Positions 1 to 10,167 of a stretch of 64,000 nucleotides of DNA are shown piece by piece (position 1 is the first letter of the stretch; the number at the start of each line of letters is the position of its first letter). The notes under the pieces were generated by a model that searched no databases, was not told the origin of the DNA, and was given only the letters and a program-made list of their open reading frames with translations. The stretch comes from a virus (lineage: Duplodnaviria; Caudoviricetes). The translations under genes were made by a program, and so were the position numbers. The DNA lies in IMG/VR virus record IMGVR_UViG_3300017791_000207, positions 32,001 through 96,000 of that record. The stretch is one strand, 5' to 3'.

Positions 1-109
1 AGTTCGCTTGCAAGAGCCATTAAAGATACTTCCAAAGTAATTTCCTCATTTGTAGTAAAATTCATTTTACCTGATGGAAACTTCGAACTTTCTGTTTCAT
101 TTGTTATAT

Positions 110-466
110 TCATGATTTGATTATTTTAACATTTACATCCCAATTACCTAATCCCCTTGATACTATCTTTTTAAGCGCGTTTCTTCTAGGCTGTCCTAAG
201 CCTTCTGCTAAATCATACATTATTTCATCACCTTCATAGATTTCCTTTCCGTAAATATCTTTCTCTCCTATAAATTGACCAACTGTCTCAGGATCAACTT
301 CAACACATGGTCGACCCAGAAATTCAGTTTGGGCAATATAGCAAATCATTTCCTGAGAAGGTGGCTCAGAATAGCCGTTCATCTCACAAGGAGTCTCCCA
401 ATAATGACCATAAGCATATTCCCCATTGTCTAGTCTTTTGGCTCTGAATTTAATCTCTTTTTTCAT
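110..466 (-). CDS. YopX-family phage protein
   Basis: EIKFRAKR...VDPETVGQFIGEKDIYGKEIYEGDEI matches the YopX signature. Confidence 0.8.
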   Translation of the reverse strand: MKKEIKFRAKRLDNGEYAYGHYWETPCEMNGYSEPPSQEMICYIAQTEFLGRPCVEVDPETVGQFIGEKDIYGKEIYEGDEIMYDLAEGLGQPRRNALKKIVSRGLGNWDVNVKIIKS

Positions 467-492
467 TAAATATTTTTACAAAGGTAAATAAA

Positions 493-1488
493 TTATTTCT
501 TAATTCCAAAGCCATTATCAACTAAATAATGGTAAACTCGTGTTAAATCATTTTCAAAGTTGAGAATGGATAGTACTGATACTGCATTATAACCTTTATT
601 ACATTCAAATATAGAACCACTGGAAAAAACATACAGAATATTTTTATCAGTATCAACCATTGCTGAAGACTTAGATGAAGTTTTACCAGGTCTTTTTAAG
701 CGTACATTTCTACCTCTACTACCTTCACCAACTTCCCATCCATTCTCTACCAGAATACTAACTAAATCACCTTCTTCTGCATAGTGTTCAAAAGGAGTTT
801 TTGACCACTCTATATTAGATTCATACTTAGGTTTAGGCTCTAACTCTCTCACTTCATTTAAAGACCTGACAGCAGCAATCATGTCATCATATTCCTGTTC
901 AGAAAGTTCACCAATTGTACCATATATTGGTTTATATCCTTCAGAAGGTGCAATTAAGAAATATCCTCCTGCATCTTCACTAGTGCCACTTCTACTCTCT
1001 ATCAAGCAAGCGGATGCATTATTTAAGGCTATTTTAAGAGCTTTAGGTCTTGTCTCAGGATCAGCATAATTTTCTAGATAGGTAATATGCCTTTCTTCAG
1101 GAGTAGTATATCGAGAAGCAAGTTTTTCATTGCCAAATAACCTTGTTGCAGGTACTTTCCATACAAGATGATAACCATTATTTTGAGTGCTCTGAACATA
1201 AGCTTTTTTAAGAATTGAATTTGGTATCACTTCTTTAACTCTATCAAATAAGTCTCCTGTTAGGTCTTGCTTACTATCAACATCCAAACAGAATACTCTC
1301 CACATCCCACCACATAACATTGCTACACCCTCACATGATTTAAAGTATTTCTCAATTTCATCAGGAGATGGTGTACGCCTTTGAAAAGTTCTCCAATTAC
1401 CTATTGAAGGAATCTTATTCTTGGTAGTTGGTATAACACAAAATCCCTTGGCTAAAAATTCACTTGCTGTCTTTACGTGGTTAGGCAT
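493..1488 (-). CDS. Bifunctional DNA primase/polymerase (prim-pol) domain protein
   Basis: GFCVIP..NKIP, LDVDSK, QSTQNNGYHL, GGYFLIAPS motifs; likely start MPNHVK (1488) downstream of a TATCTTTG promoter element at 1509-1516. Confidence 0.75.
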   Translation of the reverse strand: MPNHVKTASEFLAKGFCVIPTTKNKIPSIGNWRTFQRRTPSPDEIEKYFKSCEGVAMLCGGMWRVFCLDVDSKQDLTGDLFDRVKEVIPNSILKKAYVQSTQNNGYHLVWKVPATRLFGNEKLASRYTTPEERHITYLENYADPETRPKALKIALNNASACLIESRSGTSEDAGGYFLIAPSEGYKPIYGTIGELSEQEYDDMIAAVRSLNEVRELEPKPKYESNIEWSKTPFEHYAEEGDLVSILVENGWEVGEGSRGRNVRLKRPGKTSSKSSAMVDTDKNILYVFSSGSIFECNKGYNAVSVLSILNFENDLTRVYHYLVDNGFGIKK

Positions 1489-1569
1489 ATTTAAATTCAA
1501 TTGTTTCACAAAGATACAAAATCCCTCCATAATTTCTTACAGAGGGATAAAGTTTAAGGTTAGTTTAAC

Positions 1570-2226
1570 TTAAAAAGGAAGTGAATCCTCTTCTTGTTGA
1601 GGGACACTCGCAGGTGCAGCGTTTGAACCTGCGCCTACCCATTTAAGACGTTCTACTTCTTTTGCTAATACTTCCAAGAGATAATCATTTTTCTTCTCTA
1701 AATCGGCTAAGGAGGCTTTCTTTTTGGTTTTGTCGAGCTTATCTTGAACCCATTTTACAGCGGGTACGTCACCATCAACAAATACTCCATCTTTGTAATA
1801 AGCATTGGTAAGACCTTTTACTTTCTCGCCATTTACACTTACTGTAATACCTGATTTATCATATTTGCTGCCTTCAGGTAAAAAGCGGTACGGAGCAATC
1901 TTAATTGCATCACCTTTGTTAAGCTCAGGTAAAACCTTAATAAGCTGTTCGGTATTACTATCTACATTTCCTTTTTGATCGGCAATACCAAAGTTAAGGT
2001 AAATACCTTCATCAAGTGCAATAGATAATTGTCTACCAAAGTTACTTTCACGAACAGAAACATTGTTTAGTGTTCCTTCAACTCCATACTTATAATACTT
2101 ACGATAAGACTCTTTTCCTGTTGAGGAAACATTTTTTTCAAACCCTTCTTTAGGAGTACTACTAAATTCGAACAGATTACTAGACTTATAATCCAAACTG
2201 AGGTAGGTTTTTACGCCTTCTGACAT
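1570..2226 (-). CDS. Putative single-stranded DNA-binding protein
   Basis: Beta-rich core, flexible tail ending EEDSLPF (SSB-type acidic C-terminus), replication context. Confidence 0.6.
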   Translation of the reverse strand: MSEGVKTYLSLDYKSSNLFEFSSTPKEGFEKNVSSTGKESYRKYYKYGVEGTLNNVSVRESNFGRQLSIALDEGIYLNFGIADQKGNVDSNTEQLIKVLPELNKGDAIKIAPYRFLPEGSKYDKSGITVSVNGEKVKGLTNAYYKDGVFVDGDVPAVKWVQDKLDKTKKKASLADLEKKNDYLLEVLAKEVERLKWVGAGSNAAPASVPQQEEDSLPF

Positions 2227-2308
2227 ATTTATTTAACCTTTTATAGAGGGTTATCTCTTGGTTGTGACCTTAATTAGGGTCGATTTATAATACTGTAAAG
2301 ATAAGTAA

Positions 2309-2839
2309 TTATTCTGAATCTACCAAATTTTTACCTAAATTTATTTCATTTAAATTAGGTGGAATATCTCGTGCATATACTTCATCTAATCCTATCCTAA
2401 GGTGAAGTCTTCGAAGTGCTGAGTACATAACATTCATTTCTGCCTGATTATTCTTCGTAAAACCATATTGTTCTCCGACATTGCCTTTATAAGGAAAATG
2501 GACACAACGGGCTTTCTTTTTCTCATTGATGTATATTAATCCCCAACCTTCGGGCAACTCTTCTTTCTTGATAAGGTCTTTCGGACAAATGTAAAATCTC
2601 TGCTTACCCATACCTTCCTCAGGTTTAATTCTAAATGGTTTCTTCTTATCACAGAGAAAATCAGAACGAGAAACTTTTACTTCAATTAACACCGAATGAC
2701 CCCATGAACCAAAACCTATTACATCAGGTATTTCTCTATTAATACTTACCAATTCCTTAAATCCTATACCAACTGAGGTATTTTTCATCATCCACCGATA
2801 AGCTATTTCTACACCTTCTTTATGGGTTATTGGTATCAT
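2309..2839 (-). CDS. PD-(D/E)XK nuclease, MmcB-like
   Basis: EIPDVIGF...IEVKVSRSDF.CDKKKPFR...LPEGWGL motif. Confidence 0.65.
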   Translation of the reverse strand: MIPITHKEGVEIAYRWMMKNTSVGIGFKELVSINREIPDVIGFGSWGHSVLIEVKVSRSDFLCDKKKPFRIKPEEGMGKQRFYICPKDLIKKEELPEGWGLIYINEKKKARCVHFPYKGNVGEQYGFTKNNQAEMNVMYSALRRLHLRIGLDEVYARDIPPNLNEINLGKNLVDSE

Positions 2840-3015
2840 CTTAAAATTTTAATTTGTTGTAGATATAAATTAATTTTCTCTAGTACTTCTTCTTGTGTGT
2901 CTCCTTCATCAACTACAGCAGGAAAATCAGTTATCCATGCAGTATATCCTCCTTTAGGATCTTCCACAAAAGTCAAGTCTTTTAGTTCTACTTTGTTGGG
3001 ATAGTTTGTTATCAT
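2836..3015 (-). CDS. 59-aa HicB-like antitoxin-fold protein (not in ORF track)
   Basis: Translated by hand: MITNYPNKVELKDLTFVEDPKGGYTAWITDFPAVVDEGDTQEEVLEKINLYLQQIKILR; ATGA overlaps with both neighbours. Confidence 0.7.
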   Translation of the reverse strand: MITNYPNKVELKDLTFVEDPKGGYTAWITDFPAVVDEGDTQEEVLEKINLYLQQIKILR

Positions 3016-3704
3016 TCTATAATAGGTTTACCTTGTAATCGGAGGAATAAATTTACCGTACTATACATATCTGCTTCCAAATAAGTCTTGATTCTTTCTA
3101 TACCATTAGTATGATATTCGTTGGAAACCTCTGAACCTTTTACACCTGTATTCTTAGGTGATTTAATTTGGTATAAATAACAAGCTTCATCAAGGCTCAT
3201 GCGTGAATATCCTGTTCCCTGAATTATTTTGAGTAGGTCGGGGCTTTTTTCATCTTGAATCCATGGCTTTGACATACAATCATTGATAAATTCAGGACAT
3301 TGGATATTGTAAGTTGAGGCTCTAACACGAATTGTAGGTAAGTCGAAGCCCGTAGAATTAAAACCACAGACAAGGCGTTTACTATCAGTAATAATTTTGT
3401 ATGCCTCCGTAAGGATATCTTTCTCGTCACCTGTAAGTATCTTGGTGGTTATCTGATTATCCTTAACATAGGAAATACCAAAGGCCACAATCATGTTGTA
3501 CACTGGTGATAAAGCCGCTGTCTTCTTATATATCTCTTGTGTTTCCTTAACAGTTGGTAATTTTTCTGTTTCTCTATCACGATGTTTATACTGAAAAATC
3601 TTGAACAACTCACTTTTAGGGTCTAGTTCAGGAAGTTGTGATGCAGTTTCAATATCAATAAAAAGTAACTTGTTAATATCAAGTTCTCTAACGAATTTGT
3701 TCAT
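3012..3704 (-). CDS. Stand-alone 3'-5' exonuclease (PolB-exo-like, DEDDy)
   Basis: FIDIET (ExoI), GFNSTGFDLP (ExoII), YLEAD (ExoIII). Confidence 0.85.
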   Translation of the reverse strand: MNKFVRELDINKLLFIDIETASQLPELDPKSELFKIFQYKHRDRETEKLPTVKETQEIYKKTAALSPVYNMIVAFGISYVKDNQITTKILTGDEKDILTEAYKIITDSKRLVCGFNSTGFDLPTIRVRASTYNIQCPEFINDCMSKPWIQDEKSPDLLKIIQGTGYSRMSLDEACYLYQIKSPKNTGVKGSEVSNEYHTNGIERIKTYLEADMYSTVNLFLRLQGKPIIE

Positions 3705-4169
3705 TTATGATTTTTTAGTTTGTTCTAGTTCAATAATTTCTGATACAGTTAAATCTGTCCAATCATCTTCACCATCCAATACAGTATAATCAAATGGATT
3801 AAATCCACTATCTCTCTGACTGTTGACATATTTTGGATCATCGGTTACCATTTCTAAATGTTCAGGTTTAATAACACTGTATATTTCAGAATATTTACCA
3901 AGTACTTCACCAAAATATACTTCTAATCCTGAATTTAGGAGCCATTCTACATCTGTTTTCTTAGCTGTAAACACACCTTCTAAACTTCCCATTCGGCCAC
4001 AGTCAATTTCAAAGTTATAAATTGCCTCCTCTCTTTCACCTGTATAATAGGTGTATTCTTCTAAAGCTTTAGATATAATTTGTACTTCTTCTTTGTTGAA
4101 ATATTCGGAGTCTTCTAAAACTTGTCTTGTTAAATCTATTAAAGATTCATTTAACTTATTTGCTTTCAT
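3705..4169 (-). CDS. Hypothetical phage protein
   Basis: 154-aa ORF in tightly packed minus-strand operon. Confidence 0.6.
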   Translation of the reverse strand: MKANKLNESLIDLTRQVLEDSEYFNKEEVQIISKALEEYTYYTGEREEAIYNFEIDCGRMGSLEGVFTAKKTDVEWLLNSGLEVYFGEVLGKYSEIYSVIKPEHLEMVTDDPKYVNSQRDSGFNPFDYTVLDGEDDWTDLTVSEIIELEQTKKS

Positions 4170-4173
4170 TGTT

Positions 4174-4416
4174 TTAATTTAAAAGTCCTTCAATATCCAT
4201 CAAATACTCTTTAAGATGGTGTTCTACTTCGGCTTGCTGTTTTTCACTTAAATCTGATGTATCATAACTCCATCCAACAATCTTAATATAAGAAGTATCA
4301 GAGGTTATTTTTTGATCACCATATTCTTCAATAGTATGATCTTTGATGATACGTGTCTCGAATTTAACATCAACTTCATAAGATTGATATTTACCATCTT
4401 TAATTTGAATAATCAT
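4174..4416 (-). CDS. Hypothetical protein
   Basis: 80-aa ORF in operon context. Confidence 0.55.
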   Translation of the reverse strand: MIIQIKDGKYQSYEVDVKFETRIIKDHTIEEYGDQKITSDTSYIKIVGWSYDTSDLSEKQQAEVEHHLKEYLMDIEGLLN

Positions 4417-4489
4417 TTCAATAATATTTTAAGTAATAATCTACCAATAAGAAAGTATAGTGGCATTGAACAGAGTATAATACCAAATA

Positions 4490-4864
4490 TTAAATGTGCC
4501 ATACTTTTATGATTTTTATCTTCTTCTTTGTTGGTGAATACTTTTTTCTAATTTCTTGTAGTATGTAATGTTTAGCACTTCGTAAAGCTCTTACCTTATT
4601 TCCATGATAATCTTTATAATAATTAACTTGGAATATCTTTACATTTTTATCTTTGTAAGTAACCAAATAGTGTGGAAAAAATTGTTCATCAAAATTATGA
4701 CACCAATAAATCTTATAGTCTCTATGTACTTTACGGAGAAGTTTACACTTTAACCTACTCTTTTTCAATTTTCTTTCCTCGATAATATGAGGAAGTGATA
4801 ATACAAACCCAACAATCATCATGCCAATAAAGAAGAGTATATAAGCTGTATCTATGTCCTTCAT
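4490..4864 (-). CDS. Hypothetical protein with N-terminal TM helix; paralog of 9453-9713
   Basis: Hydrophobic N-terminus, KLLRKV motif shared with 9453-9713. Confidence 0.55.
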   Translation of the reverse strand: MKDIDTAYILFFIGMMIVGFVLSLPHIIEERKLKKSRLKCKLLRKVHRDYKIYWCHNFDEQFFPHYLVTYKDKNVKIFQVNYYKDYHGNKVRALRSAKHYILQEIRKKYSPTKKKIKIIKVWHI

Positions 4865-4974
4865 AGTTCATCCTCCTCTTCCCAATCAAAGTCATTTTGG
4901 CATAACTCACGATAAGCAATACAATCTTTTTCTAATTCTCTGAGTTGTTCTAAATTAATTTCTTTCATGTCTAT

Positions 4975-5178
4975 CTATAATTTAATTGATTCAACAGCTG
5001 ATTCTCTAAGTTCAAAAATAACAAATTCATAATCATTTTCTATATCAGTTATATCAATTCGCAAATTTTCTTTGATTGCTCTAAGAGGTTTAACTAACCA
5101 AGAACTTTTCCTCTTATAACCTAATGACAGGTATTCTCCTGTTTTCTTATGTCTGATACGCCAAACTTTATTGTTCAT
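4975..5178 (-). CDS. Hypothetical protein
   Basis: 67-aa ORF with a promoter-like TACCTTTA just upstream. Confidence 0.5.
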   Translation of the reverse strand: MNNKVWRIRHKKTGEYLSLGYKRKSSWLVKPLRAIKENLRIDITDIENDYEFVIFELRESAVESIKL

Positions 5179-5229
5179 ATTTTTATTGTAAAGGTAAGTA
5201 ATATAATCTTAACGGACAAATGTATTCTC

Positions 5230-6348
5230 TTAATGATAAGTTAAATATGAGTCATCCATTTTTGTTGTTGAATTTCTCAAAAATCTCTCATCGACAGTAT
5301 CTCTAAATACAAATATGAAAACTTGCGGAGAATTATGTCTGAGGCATCGGCCAACCTGTTGCGTAAAATCTTTTTCTTGATTATTGAGCTGAGTAATAAT
5401 ACCATATCTACAATTAGAGAGGTTGATACCTTCCTTAAGCATTGATTTACAATATATTTTATCTACTTCTTGATTATTAAACTTCTCGACGATTTCAGCA
5501 TTTTCTTTCTTGGTTTTTTCTGCTGAAGCGACTTTTTTACCACCTAATTTATTTGCCTGTTTAACAGAAGAACAGAATACAATCATCCGTTCACCTTCCA
5601 AAGAATCAATCAATTCAGATACTTTTTGAGTTTTTAATTCACCAAGGAATCTACTACGTGTACTACCTTCGGAAAGCATTTTTAGTTTTTGAAATTGTTT
5701 ACCCTCATCTTCATAAAGATCCTTCCAATAGGTGATAGAATCTGATATTCTTTGATAATATCCTGCATCCGTACACTTTACCTCTCTTTTGCCATATTTA
5801 AAGGTATTTCTAACAACCTTGTCATCTAATTCCAAGTAAATAATATGAACTTCTGGTTGAGGCACTAATCCTCTTTCGATAGCCTCTGTAATATCAATGG
5901 TGAATTTATCAAACTTCCTAACCTTATTAAGGATTTCTTCAACTTCATCATTAACCGTAGCTGACAATCCTATAATAACAGGAGCTTTAATGGTTAGTAA
6001 TGATTCAATCCGAATATCACTTTTGGCTCTATGACACTCATCTAAAATAACCCAATCGTATTCTTCATTTTCAAACTTAGACAAAGATGCATAGCAAGCT
6101 ATTGTACTTTCCTCTACAAGGTCATTAAATCCATGCTTGATAGCGTCGTCTCTAAAGTTCTTGATGAGGGCTATTTCAGGCACTAAAATCAATCCTTTCT
6201 TACCTATGTTTTTATGCCTTATTATATTTAAAGAGTTATACGTCTTCCCAACGCCAGTTATAAGAGATAATAGGATATTATTTTTACTATCTTGCCATTT
6301 GATAATTTCCTTACTGAGGATTATTCGAGCCTCTTGTTGATTGTTCAT
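5230..6348 (-). CDS. Superfamily 2 helicase
   Basis: TGVGKT (Walker A), ILDECH, GLSAT, EGINL, QQVGRCLR. Confidence 0.9.
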   Translation of the reverse strand: MNNQQEARIILSKEIIKWQDSKNNILLSLITGVGKTYNSLNIIRHKNIGKKGLILVPEIALIKNFRDDAIKHGFNDLVEESTIACYASLSKFENEEYDWVILDECHRAKSDIRIESLLTIKAPVIIGLSATVNDEVEEILNKVRKFDKFTIDITEAIERGLVPQPEVHIIYLELDDKVVRNTFKYGKREVKCTDAGYYQRISDSITYWKDLYEDEGKQFQKLKMLSEGSTRSRFLGELKTQKVSELIDSLEGERMIVFCSSVKQANKLGGKKVASAEKTKKENAEIVEKFNNQEVDKIYCKSMLKEGINLSNCRYGIITQLNNQEKDFTQQVGRCLRHNSPQVFIFVFRDTVDERFLRNSTTKMDDSYLTYH

Positions 6349-6538
6349 CTTTAATTTAATGGTGTTGGTGAATTAAATACGGTATATCCATCTTCTGAAA
6401 ACTCTTTACTTACTCCTTTAGTCACAACCCAAACTCTCCAAAGTGAATCAATCATTTCTTCTCCGCATTTTGTTCTATTACCTTCTTGGTTAGCATACCA
6501 AAAATCTTCATTTTCCTTCTGACCAAATGAGTATATTT

Positions 6539-6919
6539 TCATTTCTTCTTATTTTTATCAAGTGAATTTAATAATTTTCGAGCTGCTATGATACGTGCAT
6601 TCCACTGTCGGACTAAATCATTGTATTTATTGACGAGATTTTGGTATTTGATTTCATCTTCTTCAAGAATTTTTTGTAGTCGTTCATTTTCATCTCTTCT
6701 CTCCCAACTCATTCTCCAAAGATTATTAATGGTAGATAAACTATCATTGGGTGCAATACAACCCACTGGAATATTATTTCTCAGATATCTTTCAGCCTCA
6801 GTAAGTGGATCTTGAACATAATAAGTAGAATCAGAAAAGCTTAGATAAGGTTGATACACCTGAGCCTTAGAAGTTAGTGATAGAAATATAGTTGTTAGTA
6901 TTATTAGTGTTACTTTCAT
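6539..6919 (-). CDS. Secreted/periplasmic coiled-coil protein
   Basis: Sec-type signal peptide MKVTLIILTTIFLSLTSKAQ, C-terminal coiled coil. Confidence 0.5.
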   Translation of the reverse strand: MKVTLIILTTIFLSLTSKAQVYQPYLSFSDSTYYVQDPLTEAERYLRNNIPVGCIAPNDSLSTINNLWRMSWERRDENERLQKILEEDEIKYQNLVNKYNDLVRQWNARIIAARKLLNSLDKNKKK

Positions 6920-6934
6920 TTTAATAAGTTTTGA

Positions 6935-7606
6935 TTAGTGTAAGGATTTTTTATTTTTACTTGGATTCATAGGATTCAAACTTCGTCCTGGATCACCAAG
7001 GTCTTTTGTTTCCTCTTTATATCTTTTCCTATTCTTGATCCTCGATATAGATGCTAAAGAAAGTCCATACTTTTTAGATATTACTTCAAACTCTTCAGTT
7101 GATAAAAATATTTCTTTAACTTGCTCTTTTGTAACATTTGATTTTGTCGCATTTGAACCTTTACCATTATAATTTTCTTGTGAAAATGCTTCTTCAATAG
7201 TTAATTTTAATTTAAGTAATCTTGCAGAAACTTTCTTAAAAGACAAATTTAATTCTTCACACCATTGAGTAAGCGTTTGTGTTTTATCTTTATAAGTGAT
7301 AATATGATTATTCGTCTTATTATTAGCTTGTTCCTTATCGTTTGCCCACCTTATGTTGCCTTCTTCGTAATTTCCCCATGCATTTATCCTATCTACAGAC
7401 TTTTTATCTTGAGGTTTTGGTCCAATACACTTCATAAAATTATTAAATCCCTCACCCTTAGGTAAAAGAAAGGAAGGTTGGATGGTAATTCCTTTAAATC
7501 CATAATTATGATAGTCTTTGTTATTAGGATTTAAACATCTTGACTTCATATGATGGTAACATCTATATTCCTTTGGATAATCTCTACCTCTGTACTCAAA
7601 TTCCAT
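6935..7606 (-). CDS. Free-standing HNH-type homing endonuclease
   Basis: MKSRC.NPN..DY..YG.KGI, SVDRIN..GNYE.GN.RWA..EQANN motifs plus C-terminal HTH-like DNA-binding segments. Confidence 0.85.
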   Translation of the reverse strand: MEFEYRGRDYPKEYRCYHHMKSRCLNPNNKDYHNYGFKGITIQPSFLLPKGEGFNNFMKCIGPKPQDKKSVDRINAWGNYEEGNIRWANDKEQANNKTNNHIITYKDKTQTLTQWCEELNLSFKKVSARLLKLKLTIEEAFSQENYNGKGSNATKSNVTKEQVKEIFLSTEEFEVISKKYGLSLASISRIKNRKRYKEETKDLGDPGRSLNPMNPSKNKKSLH

Positions 7607-7737
7607 AAATTATAAAACCCTCAATTAAAGTATGGAGTACGAGTCCATACAATAAAAGAGGGGTAAAAAGTTATTAGTTGACATCTCGTACATGTCTATA
7701 AAAGACAAAGGTAAGATAAGTTTTTGACATTTCCAAA
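7607..7737 (-). promoter_or_regulatory. Sigma-A promoter plus structured 5' leader (kissing loop) of the HNH gene
   Basis: TTTG (7734-7737), 20 nt, TACCTTTG (7706-7713); two hairpins whose 7-nt loops (7637-7643, 7685-7691) are exact reverse complements. Confidence 0.75.
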
Positions 7738-7738
7738 T

Positions 7739-8860
7739 TTATTTTAGTTTTGGTGGTTCTATTAAAGGCTTAGGTAATTGATTTAGTTCAAAGAAATAAC
7801 TACCATTCTTAATTTTATAAGCAATATCCTGATCGAATTCAATAGGCTTAGGCAAAGTTCTAAACATGGAACAAAATGGATAAAATCCAAGTCCAACTGA
7901 AATACCATCAGAATTGAAGGAATTCTTTAGAATATGAACAGACCTATAATATTTCACTCCTTTATCATCCCTCAACCAAGATAACTCATAACCTAAAGAT
8001 TCAGATTTATCATTCATATGTCGGAATGGATCAAAAAGGGCTAATACTACATCTGCATCTTGAATAGTACCTGAACTATCCTGAAAATCACTTAATTTAG
8101 GTTGAAGATCACCAAGTTTTATTCTATCTGAACCTGAAATAGACCGATTCATCTGTTGTAAGATTACAGGACTCCATCCGTAAGTATCACGAGCAGTACG
8201 CATAATACTTGAAAATTTATCTATTTCTTGTTTCTTATTGGAGGTAGCTAAAAGGCCAATATGATCTGTAAGGATTAAAACCACGTGATTGGGGTGATTG
8301 GGTGTATATACTTCTCTTTCAATCACTCCTTCGGCATCATTTATTTTTTCAATTTTTCCATGCTTTTCAGCAAAACTTCGCAAATACTCTCCAATCTTAT
8401 CAGCTTTAATAACACCCTCATAACAGGTAAGCATTGGATCTATTTCATCAAAAATATACTTATACTCACCAATTAAATTAAGCTCCTTATCATCAAGCTT
8501 AGAACCTATACCAAGTATTCTTTCAACGGGTATTAATATTCCACGATCTGCAAATATTAACCTGCTCAACCATCTTGCAGTAGAACGATATTGTTTACGT
8601 TCCATACCAAAGTAGATAATTGAAATTTTTATCTTGGCTGTATCCTTATTTTTAAGATACCACAATAAAGGATGTAAAATAAATACTTCTGTGGAAAAAC
8701 TCGTCTTAGAACTGCCTGATTCTCCTCCGATTACATATGTAGTATTCTTTGCTATATTCAAGAAATAACTTAACCTTTCGAGAGGAAATGGTATAACTCC
8801 ATTTTCACCGCTCAAACCCTTCTTTATCTCAACTTTTAAATCCTCAAATATTTGACTCAT
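7739..8860 (-). CDS. dnaB: Replicative DnaB-like helicase
   Basis: GGESGSSKT Walker A, GME, ILTDHIGL, LQQMNR, PKLSDFQDSSGTIQDADVVLAL. Confidence 0.9.
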   Translation of the reverse strand: MSQIFEDLKVEIKKGLSGENGVIPFPLERLSYFLNIAKNTTYVIGGESGSSKTSFSTEVFILHPLLWYLKNKDTAKIKISIIYFGMERKQYRSTARWLSRLIFADRGILIPVERILGIGSKLDDKELNLIGEYKYIFDEIDPMLTCYEGVIKADKIGEYLRSFAEKHGKIEKINDAEGVIEREVYTPNHPNHVVLILTDHIGLLATSNKKQEIDKFSSIMRTARDTYGWSPVILQQMNRSISGSDRIKLGDLQPKLSDFQDSSGTIQDADVVLALFDPFRHMNDKSESLGYELSWLRDDKGVKYYRSVHILKNSFNSDGISVGLGFYPFCSMFRTLPKPIEFDQDIAYKIKNGSYFFELNQLPKPLIEPPKLK

Positions 8861-9474
8861 TAAATTACGATTTCACTGTTAAAATTTTCTTTCTTTTGCT
8901 GTCCTAATAAAGGAACATATCTCTTCCAAACCCCTTGATTCAAATACGTCAGTGAATTATTGAAAAAACTAAGCTCGTTCCTACCACTAATTAAGGATTT
9001 CTCCATATAAGTTTCTACTGATATTCTCAAAAGCTCTAACATGGTTTCATGAGGAATTTCCCTGAGTGTTTCTAAGTATTTTACCTCGCACTTATCTTTG
9101 TCTTTCTTAAGACTTCGAGTACCCTTGAAAGTTTGATCCTTATAGGTGAATATATCTGAACTTGGAAAACTATCATACCATTCTATAAACTGAGAATTAT
9201 ACACTTTATTGTCTTTTTTTGGAATAGGTTCTTTCGGTACATACACGCCATTCCAATTATCATATTCCTGGATAAGTTCTCTACCTCTTTCCGTAAGTTC
9301 TTCGCTCCACACATACCCTAAATTCTGTAAATCAGTTTTAAACTTATGTTTAGAGGGTAAATACTGTTGATTATCTTCTTGGTAGTATCTTAGAAACTCA
9401 ATATGAGAAAGAGTAAGTTTAAGGCTATGAAGATATAATACTAAACTAAGATCTATTTGCTTGGATTGTACCAT
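8860..9474 (-). CDS. Replication-associated protein upstream of dnaB (initiator/loader candidate)
   Basis: TAATG coupling to dnaB; FIEWYDSFP and TYLNQGVW resemble phage replication-protein C-termini. Confidence 0.45.
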   Translation of the reverse strand: MVQSKQIDLSLVLYLHSLKLTLSHIEFLRYYQEDNQQYLPSKHKFKTDLQNLGYVWSEELTERGRELIQEYDNWNGVYVPKEPIPKKDNKVYNSQFIEWYDSFPSSDIFTYKDQTFKGTRSLKKDKDKCEVKYLETLREIPHETMLELLRISVETYMEKSLISGRNELSFFNNSLTYLNQGVWKRYVPLLGQQKKENFNSEIVI

Positions 9475-9713
9475 AATTTGATTGATTTATTTCTGCGTGT
9501 ACCGTATTCTTTATAACTTTCTAATATGATTAGAAGTAGCCTTTCATGACATTTTTTATAAGCTTCTTCTTTGGAAACATCTTTTGATATATCTACCTTA
9601 TGGAGGTAAAAGTCATCTATTTCTGTGTGGCATACTATTTCCACACAATTTCTGACAGGAAAGTATTCAATAGAATACCTCTTTCTTACTTTTCTTAATA
9701 GTTTAGTTTTCAT
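9453..9713 (-). CDS. Hypothetical protein (paralog of 4490-4864)
   Basis: MKTKLLRKVRKRYSIEY motif. Confidence 0.55.
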   Translation of the reverse strand: MKTKLLRKVRKRYSIEYFPVRNCVEIVCHTEIDDFYLHKVDISKDVSKEEAYKKCHERLLLIILESYKEYGTRRNKSIKLWYNPSK

Positions 9714-9891
9714 TACTTTAAAATTTTACTGACAAGCAGAAATAAAAATATAATTACAAAAGTTGCAATTACAAGTGCAATAGGAATCCATAGAGGACTC
9801 AACACCCAAAGCCAAGACCAACTAATTAAGTGGGCTAATTTTAATGTTATAAAATACTACTAATAATACAGTACATAAACTTGTACCACCT

Positions 9892-10167
9892 TTATATTCT
9901 GTGTTTGTTGCCATCTTTTTGTTTATTTATAAATATATTTAGTTTTTCTACAACTTCGTGATATGCAGAATGTTCTTTAGGTTTGTGACCATAAGTTACT
10001 ATTTTGTATTTCTTACGTAATGGAGAGTGTAAAATTTCATAGGAACATGTTTTCTGATAATTATAAGCATCTCCCATTTCATCCCACCCTTGAATATCCC
10101 ATTCAGCTTTGTCAAACCATACAGGATACCAATCATTAGGTTTAAGTAAATTGCACATATTAATCAA
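9892..10167 (-). CDS. Hypothetical protein
   Basis: 91-aa ORF overlapping the upstream gene end. Confidence 0.55.
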   Translation of the reverse strand: MINMCNLLKPNDWYPVWFDKAEWDIQGWDEMGDAYNYQKTCSYEILHSPLRKKYKIVTYGHKPKEHSAYHEVVEKLNIFINKQKDGNKHRI

